DNA of 38,798 nt from an uncultured Algimonas sp. (GCA_964477595.1 CAYZGF010000001.1:1-38798); one strand, 5' to 3'. Shown: positions 28,924 through 37,813, numbered from the stretch's first letter. Notes: generated from the sequence alone by a model not told the origin. Program-made: numbers and translations.

Positions 28924-30096
28924 ATGATTTCCGTTCAAACCGCGCTGGCTCATATAGAGTCGTTCAGCCCCAGTCCGGTGGCTGAACCTATCAGAATTTC
29001 GCGTGCTGGAGGCCGTGTCCTCGCGGAGGCTGTGACCGCAGCAATCGCTATGCCCCCATTTTCCGCCTCAAATATGGATGGCTATGCGATCACGGCCTGT
29101 AAAACGGGCGATAGCTTGGAAATTATCGGCGAATCCGCAGCCGGAACACCTTTTGACGGCGTGGTCGGTCAAGGACAGGCGGTCCGTATTTCCACAGGCG
29201 CAATGATACCTCGCGGGGCTGACCGTGTTCTTATCCAGGAAAAGGGTGAACGTGACGGACGGAACCTGACCGTGAACGCTGCGCCAGAGGCTGGCACGCA
29301 TATTCGGCCCGCAGGTTCGGATTTTCACTCCGGCGACCCTCTATTTGGTCCCGGTCACAGGCTCACCGCAGCGGATTTGACACTCCTCGCGGCGGCGGGC
29401 CACGCAACGATAAAGGTCCAATCGAAACGTCGCATTGCGATCTTCAGCACGGGCAATGAATTGCGGGCGGTCGGAGAGACGCTGACCCCCGGCCAAATCC
29501 ACGCGGCAAATGCCGTCGGGCTTATTCCATTATTGGAGAGTTGGGGCGCGGATGTCACCGATCTCGGCATATTACCGGATGAGCCTGATATTATAGCAGC
29601 TCGCTTGGAGCGCCTCTCTGACGTCGATATCATCGTGCCTATCGGCGGAGCGTCCGTCGGGGATCATGATCATTTACGGCCCGGTTTCCGCAACGCTGGA
29701 TTTGAAATGATCTTTGAAACCGTTGCCCTTCGCCCGGGCAAACCAAGCTGGATGGCCACAAAAGAGAAACAAATCGCCTTTGGCCTACCGGGCAATCCGG
29801 CGAGTAGTTTTGTCTGCGCCCATTTATTCTTGCGCCCCCTCCTCGGACAAATGACACCAATTCTATCCGCAAAGCTGGACGGCAAAATTGAAGAAAACGG
29901 TCCGCGGGAGACCTATTTGCGCGGAACCGCATCCGTCAAACAGGGTCAAATCCAAGTAAAGCCACTCCCTCTGCAAGACAGCTTTCGCCTGCGCCCACAA
30001 TCCTCGGCCAATGCTCTCATTCGGATTCCACCAATGGGCGGACCTTATGGCATTGATGCGCTAATGGACATTATCCTGATTGATGCATTGACGTGA
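28924..30096 (+). CDS. moeA: Molybdopterin molybdotransferase
   Basis: MISV, PPFSASNMDGYA, RISTGA, STGNEL, GGASVGDHD, RPGKP, GLPGNPASS; start at ATG 28924. Confidence 0.95.
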   Translation: MISVQTALAHIESFSPSPVAEPIRISRAGGRVLAEAVTAAIAMPPFSASNMDGYAITACKTGDSLEIIGESAAGTPFDGVVGQGQAVRISTGAMIPRGADRVLIQEKGERDGRNLTVNAAPEAGTHIRPAGSDFHSGDPLFGPGHRLTAADLTLLAAAGHATIKVQSKRRIAIFSTGNELRAVGETLTPGQIHAANAVGLIPLLESWGADVTDLGILPDEPDIIAARLERLSDVDIIVPIGGASVGDHDHLRPGFRNAGFEMIFETVALRPGKPSWMATKEKQIAFGLPGNPASSFVCAHLFLRPLLGQMTPILSAKLDGKIEENGPRETYLRGTASVKQGQIQVKPLPLQDSFRLRPQSSANALIRIPPMGGPYGIDALMDIILIDALT

Positions 30097-30857
30097 AGCT
30101 CGCAGTTCTCGCCTTCCTGTTTGCCCTGACGGCTTGCCTCTATGCGAGTGTCGGCTTTGGTGGCGGGTCAACCTATACGGCCCTATTGGTGGCCGGCGGG
30201 ATAGATTACGCCCTGATCCCGATTATTGCGCTGAGCTGCAACATTGTTGTCGTTTTTGGAAATACGCTTCGCTATTCAGCAGCTCGCCTCATACCTTGGA
30301 CGCGCCTTTGGCCGATTCTCGCACTTTCCGTTCCGGCGGCTTGGTTGGGCGGACGGCTCAATATTTCCGAAACGCTCTTTATCGGACTTCTGGCGATCGC
30401 CCTTCTCTTTGCCGGGATGCGGCTTTTATGGAGCGCAAAAACGAAACAAGAGATCGCGCTGAAAGAGACGCCGCCCGTTCTCACGGCCTTAATCGGCGCC
30501 GCCATTGGGTTTTACTCCGGCCTTGTCGGGATAGGCGGCGGTATATTTCTAGCCCCAATTTTATACGCTCTTTCTTGGGGACGCGCTAAAATGATCGCTG
30601 CCGCTTGCAGTGTTTACATCCTCTTCAACTCGGCAGCAGGGTTTATCGGACAATCCATGAAGCTTTCAGATTTAGACCGCTTCTCAGACGCTTTCGCATT
30701 CTGGCCGCTCATCCCGGCCGTGATGATTGGCGGCTTTATCGGCAACCATATCGGCGTGAAATATATCTCTCAAATCTGGATACAAAGACTGACCGGCCTG
30801 TTAATTTTGGCTGTTGCGGCCCGCTTAGCTTTCAACTGGTTCGGGATGATTTTTTAA
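30093..30857 (+). CDS. TauE/SafE (TSUP) family permease
   Basis: ASVGFGGGS and SGLVGIGGGIFLAP duplicated motifs; about 8 TM helices; GTG overlaps the moeA stop. Confidence 0.88.
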   Translation: MKLAVLAFLFALTACLYASVGFGGGSTYTALLVAGGIDYALIPIIALSCNIVVVFGNTLRYSAARLIPWTRLWPILALSVPAAWLGGRLNISETLFIGLLAIALLFAGMRLLWSAKTKQEIALKETPPVLTALIGAAIGFYSGLVGIGGGIFLAPILYALSWGRAKMIAAACSVYILFNSAAGFIGQSMKLSDLDRFSDAFAFWPLIPAVMIGGFIGNHIGVKYISQIWIQRLTGLLILAVAARLAFNWFGMIF

Positions 30858-30958
30858 CAACCTGAAAAACTATATCCCGAAGTCGAAAATTTCAGAATGA
30901 TTATGTTTCAATAACTTATTCCTATTTTAAAGAGAATAATCCTCACTTTCAGAAGCTG

Positions 30959-31380
30959 TGATATATTGCATATGTTCTTTCAGACATGGGACAGGTGAGG
31001 CCTCGCTTGCTGGTTTGAGAGACGATGGGTCTGAGCGTCAGAGTGTGAGAACTTTGGAGGTGCCGGGGCTTTAGGAACGAGAGCCGACTAGTGGTTCCAA
31101 GTGGGCCAACTCTAGGGTTGCACCGGCCGTTTCTTCAAAAACCATCGCCGCAGAGTCGTGGAATGGCCTTACAACCCAATCCACACGTCTTCGCGTAAAA
31201 CACTTTTTCTTCTACCCTTTGGTATTCCATCGGGAAGACAACTCTGCGGGCATGTCCTGTTTATATTCTGGCTTGAGCTGTTTCCTCGATGAACAGTCGC
31301 AATCTCCGCTTGCCTGGACCTCTAGCGAGGACATGGGATAGCGCTTCGCACGACTATCTCCTCCCGCACACGCCCCTCAC
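30959..31380. other. Non-coding, self-complementary block (candidate structured RNA or mobile-element remnant)
   Basis: No ORF of 60 aa or more in any frame; several inverted repeats; GC-richer than its AT-rich flanks; TG-A-TATATT extended -10-like motif at 30959-30967. Confidence 0.35.
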
Positions 31381-31488
31381 ATTGGTAAGTCCAGTATTGG
31401 CTCGCTTAAATTGGTATATATATAAAAATTATTATATTATTCAGTATTTTAATATATGAAAATACAAAGTTCATCATATATAATTGGT
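31381..31488. promoter_or_regulatory. AT-rich promoter region with FadR/GntR-type motifs (ATTGGTAAGTCCAGT 31381-31395; AATTGGT at 31409 and 31482)
   Basis: Recurring (A)ATTGGT matches the half-site of AATTGGTnnnACCAATT; the same motif recurs at 37705-37833. Confidence 0.55.
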
Positions 31489-31541
31489 ATAGACACACAG
31501 AATATCTTTGCTTTTCGCGAATATGATGACTACCAAAACAC

Positions 31542-33263
31542 ATGGGAACCCATTTCACACGGCTCAAAACATTATCCTTATTCGGCTTCCTCGCGGCCGC
31601 GTGCTCTCCTGCCATCTCTCATGCGAATAAAGATGGTCGCATCCAAATTCTGACCAATGCTGAGATTATGGCTGAGGAGCGCCTGCCCGACTTCTCCTAT
31701 GCCGGCTATAATCATGGGATTGGCGAGATTCCGACAGCCAAGGGTAAGATCATCGACGTTACAAAATACGGCGTTACGGCTGATGATGAAATTGACGATT
31801 CAAAAGCCATGTTAAAGGCGTTGGACGCCGCACATAAAACACGCGGCCCGGTCGTGGTAAAACTGCCAAAAGGTCGGGTGATCATATCTGATATTTTGAA
31901 GATCAAACGCAGCGACATTGTCTTGCGCGGCGCAGGTTCAGGCGCGGAGGGAACAGATCTTCATTTTCCGCGCCCATTACAGATGATCGACAAAACGGAT
32001 TACCTCAGCGAAATCCGGGAATATCTCAAAAAATACGACAAACGCCAGCGGGAGACAGACCGCAATATTGATGAGCTTTTCTCTGAATATTCATGGACGG
32101 GCGGATTTATTTGGGTGCAAAAAGACGGCACGCGGGCCGCCGCCTATCTGGAAGAGAAAGACCCCGAAATTAGAGTCTTGGCGAATGCCACATCCGGTCG
32201 CGCGGGAACGCGAAAGGTCTCGGTCACAAATGCAAGCCAGCTAAGTGTTGGTGATGTTGTGGAATTACAATGGTTAAACCGCGAAGGCGAAGACGGCCCA
32301 TTACTGAAAGAAATCTACGGTACGGGTGACACCGGAAAGAAAATCGGTTCACATCATTGGACGTTTCCCGACAGACCACTCGTGCGTCAAAAAACGAAAG
32401 TTTTGGACATTAGCGGCGATATCGTCACCATTAGTGACCCCCTTCTGCATAATATTACAGAGGCTATCCCCGCCCAGTTCGCCGAATGGCAACATTTGAC
32501 AAATGTCGGAATTGAAGACCTTCATATCTCATTTCCGAACTCTCCTTATTTCGGGCATCACTTGGAACGCGGATATAATGGCATTTATTTGACCAGCGTG
32601 TTCGATGGCTGGATACGGGACGTCACCTTCCTAAACGCGGATACGGGCATCCTGAGCTATAATAGCGCGAATATTACGATCTCAGACATTACCACGAATG
32701 GCGACCGGCAAGCGCATTATTCCGTTCATGCGGGGAATGTTCATAACGTCCTAGTAGAAAATTTGACGGTCAATAACGCACCGATCCATTCACTCAGTCT
32801 GAACACGCAATCGACGAAATGCGTGTTTAAAAATGCGGTCGTAAATGAAGCGGCGGTTCTGGACCAACATGCCGGGGCCAATCATCAAAATCTATTCGAC
32901 AATGTCACCCTGAATGTGGATGCGAAGCGGGATAAATCCGGCCCTTATTATCCGGTTTGGGATGGCAGCGGGGCCGGATATTGGCAGCCCGGCCATGGCC
33001 GTTTCAACACCACATGGAATTTGAAGGTGAATGTGCGCAGCGGTGCAGATCGTGATGAAGTCGTGACTCTGCGCGGTTTGGAAGAAGGCCCATCAGCCAG
33101 ACTGGTGGGTATTTCCGGCAACCGCAAATTTGATGTCGCCTATGTGCCCACGCCTTACAGCGAGCGCATCAATATTTCGATGGAAGATGTGCCGTCTCTC
33201 TATGACTATCAACTTGCAAAACGAACGAAGCATTTATCAGCTGACAAAGCGGGTGGAAAATGA
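31542..33263 (+). CDS. Secreted right-handed beta-helix carbohydrate-active enzyme (pectate-lyase-3-superfamily-like N-terminus)
   Basis: LPDFSYAGY, IDVTKYGVTADDEIDDS, LPKGR, IVLRGAG; repeated short Asn/Ile-rich rungs; signal peptide with possible lipidated Cys (FLAAAC). Confidence 0.78.
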   Translation: MGTHFTRLKTLSLFGFLAAACSPAISHANKDGRIQILTNAEIMAEERLPDFSYAGYNHGIGEIPTAKGKIIDVTKYGVTADDEIDDSKAMLKALDAAHKTRGPVVVKLPKGRVIISDILKIKRSDIVLRGAGSGAEGTDLHFPRPLQMIDKTDYLSEIREYLKKYDKRQRETDRNIDELFSEYSWTGGFIWVQKDGTRAAAYLEEKDPEIRVLANATSGRAGTRKVSVTNASQLSVGDVVELQWLNREGEDGPLLKEIYGTGDTGKKIGSHHWTFPDRPLVRQKTKVLDISGDIVTISDPLLHNITEAIPAQFAEWQHLTNVGIEDLHISFPNSPYFGHHLERGYNGIYLTSVFDGWIRDVTFLNADTGILSYNSANITISDITTNGDRQAHYSVHAGNVHNVLVENLTVNNAPIHSLSLNTQSTKCVFKNAVVNEAAVLDQHAGANHQNLFDNVTLNVDAKRDKSGPYYPVWDGSGAGYWQPGHGRFNTTWNLKVNVRSGADRDEVVTLRGLEEGPSARLVGISGNRKFDVAYVPTPYSERINISMEDVPSLYDYQLAKRTKHLSADKAGGK

Positions 33264-34324
33264 CCGATAAAAATAACCCCGGACGAGATAGTCGTCGAAC
33301 TACGAGGCAACCAGTCCTGTCCAATCTCAACCGCCGAAATTTTGGCGGATTGATGATGGGCGGCTCATTGGCCTTAACGGGATGCTCAGCCGAAGTGCTT
33401 GGCGGAACCCGCACACTTTACGCCACGGACTCACAGGCCGATGATTACCCGGCGGTTCAGGCCGTGCGGGCTATGGGAGCCTATCTGGAGGAAAAATCAG
33501 AGGGTCGTATCAAGGTCAAACTTTACCCCGGTGGACAGCTCGGCTCTGAAGGCAGCACTTTGGAAATCGCTATGTTTGGCGGGCTCGACCTCACGCGAAC
33601 ATTTAGTGCGGCGCTGAATAATATTGCGCCTCTGACAAAATTGTTCAGCCTTCCCTTCTTGTTCCGGTCAACTGAGCATCAGCGCAGTGTGATCGACAGT
33701 GAAATCGGCAGTACGATTATGGAGTCGCTGGAATCTTTCGGTCTTCGCGGTGTTGCTATTTACGATACGGGTGGTCGTGGGTTTTATAATACGGATCGCG
33801 TCATTCCGGACCCATCCGCCCTGAAAGGTCAGAAAATTAGGGTCCCGAATTCAGATATATTCTTGGCAACCATGAGAGCGCTGGGCGCAAATCCGACGCC
33901 AATGAATTTCAGCGAAGTCTATCAAGGCCTCGTCCAAAATGTGATTGATGGCGCCGAAAATAATTGGCCCGCCTATATCAGTACAAGACATTATGAGGTC
34001 GCGCCGAACTTCTCTGAAACGGGGCATTTCAGAACACCGGATATGTTAATTATGAGCCTGCGAACGTGGGAAGGGTTCTCCGAAGAAGACCAAGCGCTCG
34101 TTCTGGAGGCCGGTCGCCATTCAATGGGCGTTATGCGCAGCCTATGGGATGCCAGTGTGGAAGAGTCTAAGAAAGCCCTTCTCAAAATTGGTGGGGAAAT
34201 CCTCACCGATATTGATAGTGAGCCGTTCCGCGCCCTGATGGACCCCGTCTATGAGCAATTCGTCACGCCGGACCTACAGCCTTATGTAGCGGAAATTGAC
34301 CGAATGGGAGAGCAAGGCACATGA
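33260..34324 (+). CDS. dctP: TRAP transporter substrate-binding protein, Tat-lipoprotein signal
   Basis: YPGGQLGSE, LPFLFRS, LKGQKIRV, GANPTPMNFSEVY, DGAENN; NRRNF twin-arginine and LTGC lipobox. Confidence 0.93.
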   Translation: MTDKNNPGRDSRRTTRQPVLSNLNRRNFGGLMMGGSLALTGCSAEVLGGTRTLYATDSQADDYPAVQAVRAMGAYLEEKSEGRIKVKLYPGGQLGSEGSTLEIAMFGGLDLTRTFSAALNNIAPLTKLFSLPFLFRSTEHQRSVIDSEIGSTIMESLESFGLRGVAIYDTGGRGFYNTDRVIPDPSALKGQKIRVPNSDIFLATMRALGANPTPMNFSEVYQGLVQNVIDGAENNWPAYISTRHYEVAPNFSETGHFRTPDMLIMSLRTWEGFSEEDQALVLEAGRHSMGVMRSLWDASVEESKKALLKIGGEILTDIDSEPFRALMDPVYEQFVTPDLQPYVAEIDRMGEQGT

Positions 34325-34803
34325 AGACCCTTTTAGATCGCCTTAGCGGGATCGCCCTGTTCATCAGCGCCTCCTGTATTGTCGCTATGACGGCCATTAT
34401 TTCCTATCAGGTCGTCGCCCGATATTTTTTCAATGCCAGCCCGGCGTGGTCGGAGAGACTATCGCTCTTGCTCCTCGGATATCTGGTCTTCTTCGGTGCG
34501 GCCGTTGGTGTGCATGAGCGGTTTCACATCCGCATTGATGCCGTTCGAAACGCTGTTCCTGCCCGCCTTGCCAAGCTTTTTGACATGACGGCGCATTTAG
34601 CCGTAGCGGGCGCAGGCATCATTATGATTATTGCGGGTTGGCAATTGACGACAACATTATGGGCCTTTGACATTCCGTCTCTGGGTCTGCCGAGAGGTTT
34701 GGCGCTGCTTCCCCTCCCCATTGCCGGTGCGCTGATTACGCTTTTCTCCGGCGCGCAACTCTTTGAGACATTAAGTTCAAAATCAGAAAAGAAGACCGAC
34801 TAA
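34321..34803 (+). CDS. dctQ: TRAP transporter small permease
   Basis: QVVARY...WSE, HIRID; 4 TM helices; between dctP and dctM. Confidence 0.92.
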   Translation: MKTLLDRLSGIALFISASCIVAMTAIISYQVVARYFFNASPAWSERLSLLLLGYLVFFGAAVGVHERFHIRIDAVRNAVPARLAKLFDMTAHLAVAGAGIIMIIAGWQLTTTLWAFDIPSLGLPRGLALLPLPIAGALITLFSGAQLFETLSSKSEKKTD

Positions 34804-34804
34804 C

Positions 34805-36076
34805 ATGGCACTTCTCGTCCTCCTTCTCAGCCTTTTCGTTCTGCTCTGCATTCGCGTACCGGTCGCCTTTGCCTTGCTGATTTCAGCCATGATCACATTT
34901 GCGATGTTGGGTCTAAACCCTCTCGTCGCGGTGCAACGCCTCTCCGCAGGTATTGATGTCTTCACCCTCCTGGCCATTCCCTTCTTTATTTTCGCAGGGG
35001 ATTTGATGACCCAAACCGGCATTGCCGCGCGGTTAATTAAAGTCGCAGAAGGTATGTTTGGCCGCGTTCGCGGTGGCCTCGGTCACGTTAATGTCGGGGC
35101 CTCCATGATGTTTGGCGCGATCTCCGGGTCTGCGGTTGCGAGTGTGTCCGCCATCGGTTCGACGATGATTCCGATTATGGAAGAAAAAGGATATGATCGC
35201 AGCTTCTCCGTCAACGTCACCTGCTCTGCCGCCATATTGGGGCTTATTATTCCGCCCAGCCATAATATGATTATTTATGCTGCGGCGAGCGGTGTTTCGA
35301 TTTCAATTGGCGATCTCTTCGTCGCGGGAATTTTACCGGGCATCTTATGCGGCCTCGCCCTGATGCTCGTCGTCTCGATCATCGCGCGCAAAAAGGGATA
35401 TCCGAAAGGCCTCTTCCCGGGCTTCAAAGCTTTGCTGCTCTCCGCCATTGGCGCAATTCCGGGCCTTCTAACCGCTGTTATCATCGTCGTCGGTATTTTG
35501 GGCGGCGTGTTCACGCCAACGGAAAGTTCCGCAGTCGCGATCGTCTACACCCTGATTATCGGTGTTTTCTTTTACAGAACTCTGGGTCTGAAGGAGTTCA
35601 AGACCGCGGTTATTAACTCCGCCAAAACGACGGCTTTGATCATGCTTATCATCGGATCAGCGGCGGCATTTGGTTGGTTACTGGCGCTTCTGGAAGCGCC
35701 GTTGATGATGTCGAACCTAATCTTGGGACTGACGAGTTCGCCGGTCTTAATTCTTCTCATGGTGTTGTTCTGCTTGCTCGTTTTGGGGACCTTCATGGAT
35801 ATGGCGCCACTCATCATCATCGTCACCCCCATCTTCCTACCCGTCGTTCAAACCATTGGTGTTGATCCCGTCCATTTCGGCGTCATCATGATGCTGGCTT
35901 TGGGGATCGGGACGATTACGCCACCTGTGGGAACAGTGTTGTTCGTAGGCTCAGCCGTTGGGAAAATCCGAATGGAGGACACTGTGAAAACCATGTGGCC
36001 ATTCTATCTCGCCCTTATTGCCTGCCTATTGCTTGTGACCTATGTGCCTGCGATCTCAATGATTTTGGTCAATTAG
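34805..36076 (+). CDS. dctM: TRAP transporter large permease
   Basis: LLAIPFFIFAG, GAISGSAVA, IIPPS, FTPTES, TPPVG. Confidence 0.95.
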   Translation: MALLVLLLSLFVLLCIRVPVAFALLISAMITFAMLGLNPLVAVQRLSAGIDVFTLLAIPFFIFAGDLMTQTGIAARLIKVAEGMFGRVRGGLGHVNVGASMMFGAISGSAVASVSAIGSTMIPIMEEKGYDRSFSVNVTCSAAILGLIIPPSHNMIIYAAASGVSISIGDLFVAGILPGILCGLALMLVVSIIARKKGYPKGLFPGFKALLLSAIGAIPGLLTAVIIVVGILGGVFTPTESSAVAIVYTLIIGVFFYRTLGLKEFKTAVINSAKTTALIMLIIGSAAAFGWLLALLEAPLMMSNLILGLTSSPVLILLMVLFCLLVLGTFMDMAPLIIIVTPIFLPVVQTIGVDPVHFGVIMMLALGIGTITPPVGTVLFVGSAVGKIRMEDTVKTMWPFYLALIACLLLVTYVPAISMILVN

Positions 36077-36084
36077 TGATCATC

Positions 36085-36116
36085 AAAAAAAGGCGCACTC
36101 AGGAGCGTGCGCCTTT
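36085..36116 (-). terminator. Rho-independent terminator for kduD, possibly bidirectional
   Basis: Stem AAAGGCGCAC / GTGCGCCTTT (36089-36116) with an A7 run on the left (U-tract on minus), between convergent dctM and kduD. Confidence 0.8.
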
Positions 36117-36168
36117 AGAAGTCTGTCTAAAAGCATAACTGGAAATAAAAGCCTAGCAGCCTCAAAGA

Positions 36169-36930
36169 TTAACGGGACAACCAGCCTCCATCGACGGGCA
36201 GCGTGATCCCTTGAACGTAATCAGACGCCGCTGAGGCAAGGAAAACAATCGCCCCGCCCATATCAGACGGCCGACCCCAGCGACCGCTTGGAATGCGGCC
36301 TAATATTTCGGCATTGCGCTTCTCGTCCGCTTGCAATGCCGCCGTATTATTGGTCGCGAAATAGCCGGGCGCGATGGCATTTACATTAATGCCATGTGAT
36401 GCCCATTCATTCGCCAGAGCCTTTGTGAGGCCGCCTACGGCGCTTTTCGAAGCTGTATAGGACGGAACACGAATACCCCCCTGAAACGTCAGCATGGAGG
36501 CAATATTAATGATCTTGCCAGACTTGCCATGTTCCACGAGGTGACGCGCAAAAGCTTGCGAAAGGAAAAATAATGTCCGCAAATTGACGTTCATCACTGA
36601 ATCCCACTCATCCGCTGTGAAATCGATGGCTTCATTGCGTTTAATGATACCCGCATTATTCACCAGAATATCTGCACGCCCCAATGTAGACACAGCCTCG
36701 GCAACAATATCCGTAACATTTTCAGCACGACCCAAATCCGTCAGGATAGAATGAGATTTCACCCCAATATCAGCAATCTTCTCTAGGGTCTCAGTTGGTT
36801 CTGACCGACCAATTAAAGCGATATCCGCTCCGGCCTTGGCTAATGCCAATGCCATGCCTTGACCAAGCCCGGTATTCGCCCCGGTCACCAGTGCAGTCTT
36901 ACCGGATAAGTCAAAGGGGTTCGTTTGCAT
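36169..36930 (-). CDS. kduD: 2-dehydro-3-deoxy-D-gluconate 5-dehydrogenase
   Basis: TGANTGLGQG, NNAGII, ASMLTFQGGIRVPSYTASK, LANEWA, VDGGWL; 253 aa from ATG 36930 after GGAG. Confidence 0.93.
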   Translation of the reverse strand: MQTNPFDLSGKTALVTGANTGLGQGMALALAKAGADIALIGRSEPTETLEKIADIGVKSHSILTDLGRAENVTDIVAEAVSTLGRADILVNNAGIIKRNEAIDFTADEWDSVMNVNLRTLFFLSQAFARHLVEHGKSGKIINIASMLTFQGGIRVPSYTASKSAVGGLTKALANEWASHGINVNAIAPGYFATNNTAALQADEKRNAEILGRIPSGRWGRPSDMGGAIVFLASAASDYVQGITLPVDGGWLSR

Positions 36931-36954
36931 CAAATGCTCCTGAAATTTGAGAAT

Positions 36955-36976
36955 GGAGGGTAAATTCATACCCTCC
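36955..36976. other. Intergenic stem-loop GGAGGGTA-AATTCA-TACCCTCC
   Basis: Perfect 8-bp inverted repeat between the isomerase gene and kduD, without a U-tract. Confidence 0.6.
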
Positions 36977-36986
36977 GATCTTGTGG

Positions 36987-37628
36987 TTAAGCCGCCAAGA
37001 GGCTCTTCACATGGGAGATGAGTGCTTCGTCAGTTGCGTTTGCAAAGAATAACTCTTCGAACTTTTCACCTGCGATCGCAGCTTTTAGTAAATCTTGATC
37101 AACAGACTTCATAACCGTCAGCATGTCTTTGGTTGCGGCAGCTTTCATATCGCTGAAAATATTGCGGTTCTTTGCCATGATTTCTGCGCGCTCTTTCGGA
37201 TAACCAACCCCGCGCTCAACCTCGAAGAGTTTCCGGTAGCAATCCTGCAGATTAAGCTCAGCGGCCCAGCCAAAGCCTTTCGCGTAAGGCATGGAGATCG
37301 CATTGCCGTCATTAATTTGACCGAACAGAAACGCATCCGTCGGATCAATAACCAGACCACACACCACATTCGGCATTGTATTCAAGGCGAGCATCGCGCC
37401 CATGCCTGTTCCACAACCCGAAACAACGAAGTCCGCCGCGCCGGAGTTTATCAAGAGTCCAGCCAACAACCCATTCATAACATAGGTCAGTTGCGCATCA
37501 TCATCGGCAGCATACATCCCGTAATGTGAAACAGTATGACCCGCCGGCTCCGCAACGGATGTGAGGGCTTTATGAACAATCGAGCTTTTAGCGGCCTGAC
37601 TGTTTTCCATAATTAAGGCGATTTTCAT
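36987..37628 (-). CDS. RpiB/LacA/LacB-family isomerase, DhuI-type (4-deoxy-L-threo-5-hexosulose-uronate ketol-isomerase candidate)
   Basis: MKIALIMENSQA, YGM, GCGTGMGA, KGFGWAAELNL, GYPKERA; CAGGAG SD; directly upstream of kduD. Confidence 0.82.
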   Translation of the reverse strand: MKIALIMENSQAAKSSIVHKALTSVAEPAGHTVSHYGMYAADDDAQLTYVMNGLLAGLLINSGAADFVVSGCGTGMGAMLALNTMPNVVCGLVIDPTDAFLFGQINDGNAISMPYAKGFGWAAELNLQDCYRKLFEVERGVGYPKERAEIMAKNRNIFSDMKAAATKDMLTVMKSVDQDLLKAAIAGEKFEELFFANATDEALISHVKSLLAA

Positions 37629-37813
37629 TTTGTACTCCTGAATGACATATTTCACCGAGACGAAGGATCGCACTCAGCTTATAAGAAACTGTTTGATGAC
37701 TGAAAATTGGTTCTCAGCATTGGTTTAGACCTAACGTCACGTAAATTCAGTCTACAGTCAAAAGAAAAACCAATTAAATCAGAGAATAAGCTATTTCCCT
37801 GTAGTTTTTACAA

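Noticed and set aside
30884-30911. TTATGTTTCAA resembling the XerD arm of a dif site
   Set aside because: Only 8/11 match and no XerC arm at the 6-bp spacing
31100-31370. Possible Moco riboswitch (ACTCTAG...TGCACC and CCTCCCG fragments)
   Set aside because: Fragments are too far apart and lie downstream, not upstream, of the Moco genes; the closing GGAAAGG element is absent
31340-31372. GTGCG on the minus strand as a group II intron 5' end, or a retron RNA
   Set aside because: No domain V/VI consensus and no reverse transcriptase in the window
31414-31424. TATATATATA run as a ModE box or phase-variable repeat
   Set aside because: Short, in AT-rich DNA, lacks ModE box spacing and is not upstream of Moco genes
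31406-31653. ORFs 31456-31653 (+) and 31406-31615 (-)
   Set aside because: Span AT-rich promoter DNA and overlap the 31542 gene; no SD or plausible composition
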